Shown here one piece after another: positions 63,836-64,000 of a stretch of 64,000 bases of DNA (the stretch's first letter is position 1; every line of letters begins with the position of its first letter). The position numbers and the translations under genes were made by a program. A model generated the notes under the pieces. The model had not been told where the DNA came from. It worked only from the letters and a program-made list of their open reading frames with translations, and searched no databases. This stretch comes from Enoplolaimus lenunculus (lineage: Eukaryota). The DNA lies in NCBI GenBank assembly GCA_030248215.1, contig JASANG010000443.1, positions 124,001 to 188,000 on the forward strand, given 5' to 3'.

Positions 63836-63912
63836 GCGGGCTAGAGCGGGGATTGAACTCTCAGCGTATGGATCCTTAAGCGACCACTCTACCACTGCGC
63901 CACGTAGCCCGC
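63836..63912 (-). pseudogene. Degenerate tRNA-like element
   Basis: Minus strand has GCGGGCTA...TAGCCCGC paired ends, A box TGGCGCAGTGG, B-box-like GAGTTCAATCCC, then TTTT. Confidence 0.5.
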
Positions 63913-64000
63913 CTCTCCAACTGCATTCTTCGTCGACTATGTGTCGACCGTATGCTGCCAGCTAGCATACATACAGTGCACTGCACTATATTGCATACGC

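Overview
AT-rich, repeat-dense eukaryotic DNA, very probably from a nematode (TTTCAG splice acceptors, TTAGGC telomere-type repeats, a cuticlin and a nematode-type profilin). I assembled four spliced genes by hand, all with consistent GT-AG phases. (1) The 3' four exons of a CUT-1/CUT-3-like ZP-domain cuticlin (+, 874-7041). (2) A 7-exon, ~814-aa coiled-coil / Asn-rich protein I do not recognise (-, 21172-10173). (3) A 2-exon class A peptide-type GPCR (+, 49776-53079, ~848 aa) with a ~148-aa CAA-encoded polyQ tail and a C-terminal ESV PDZ-type motif. (4) A 3-exon profilin (-, 62586-60313, 137 aa). Introns and the 28-kb intergenic block are filled with roughly ten families of short non-autonomous DNA transposons (MITEs); I saw no transposase ORF. 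The most unusual elements are GGCC-ended, 8-bp-TSD (Merlin-like) MITEs carrying internal telomeric TTAGGC repeats, TTAA-targeting piggyBac-like MITEs carrying a tRNA-Gly(CCC)-like Pol III cassette, and tandem tRNA-like genes with a Pro-like body but a CGA (Ser) anticodon. Coordinates and copy counts were read by eye; repeat boundaries may be off by a few bases.
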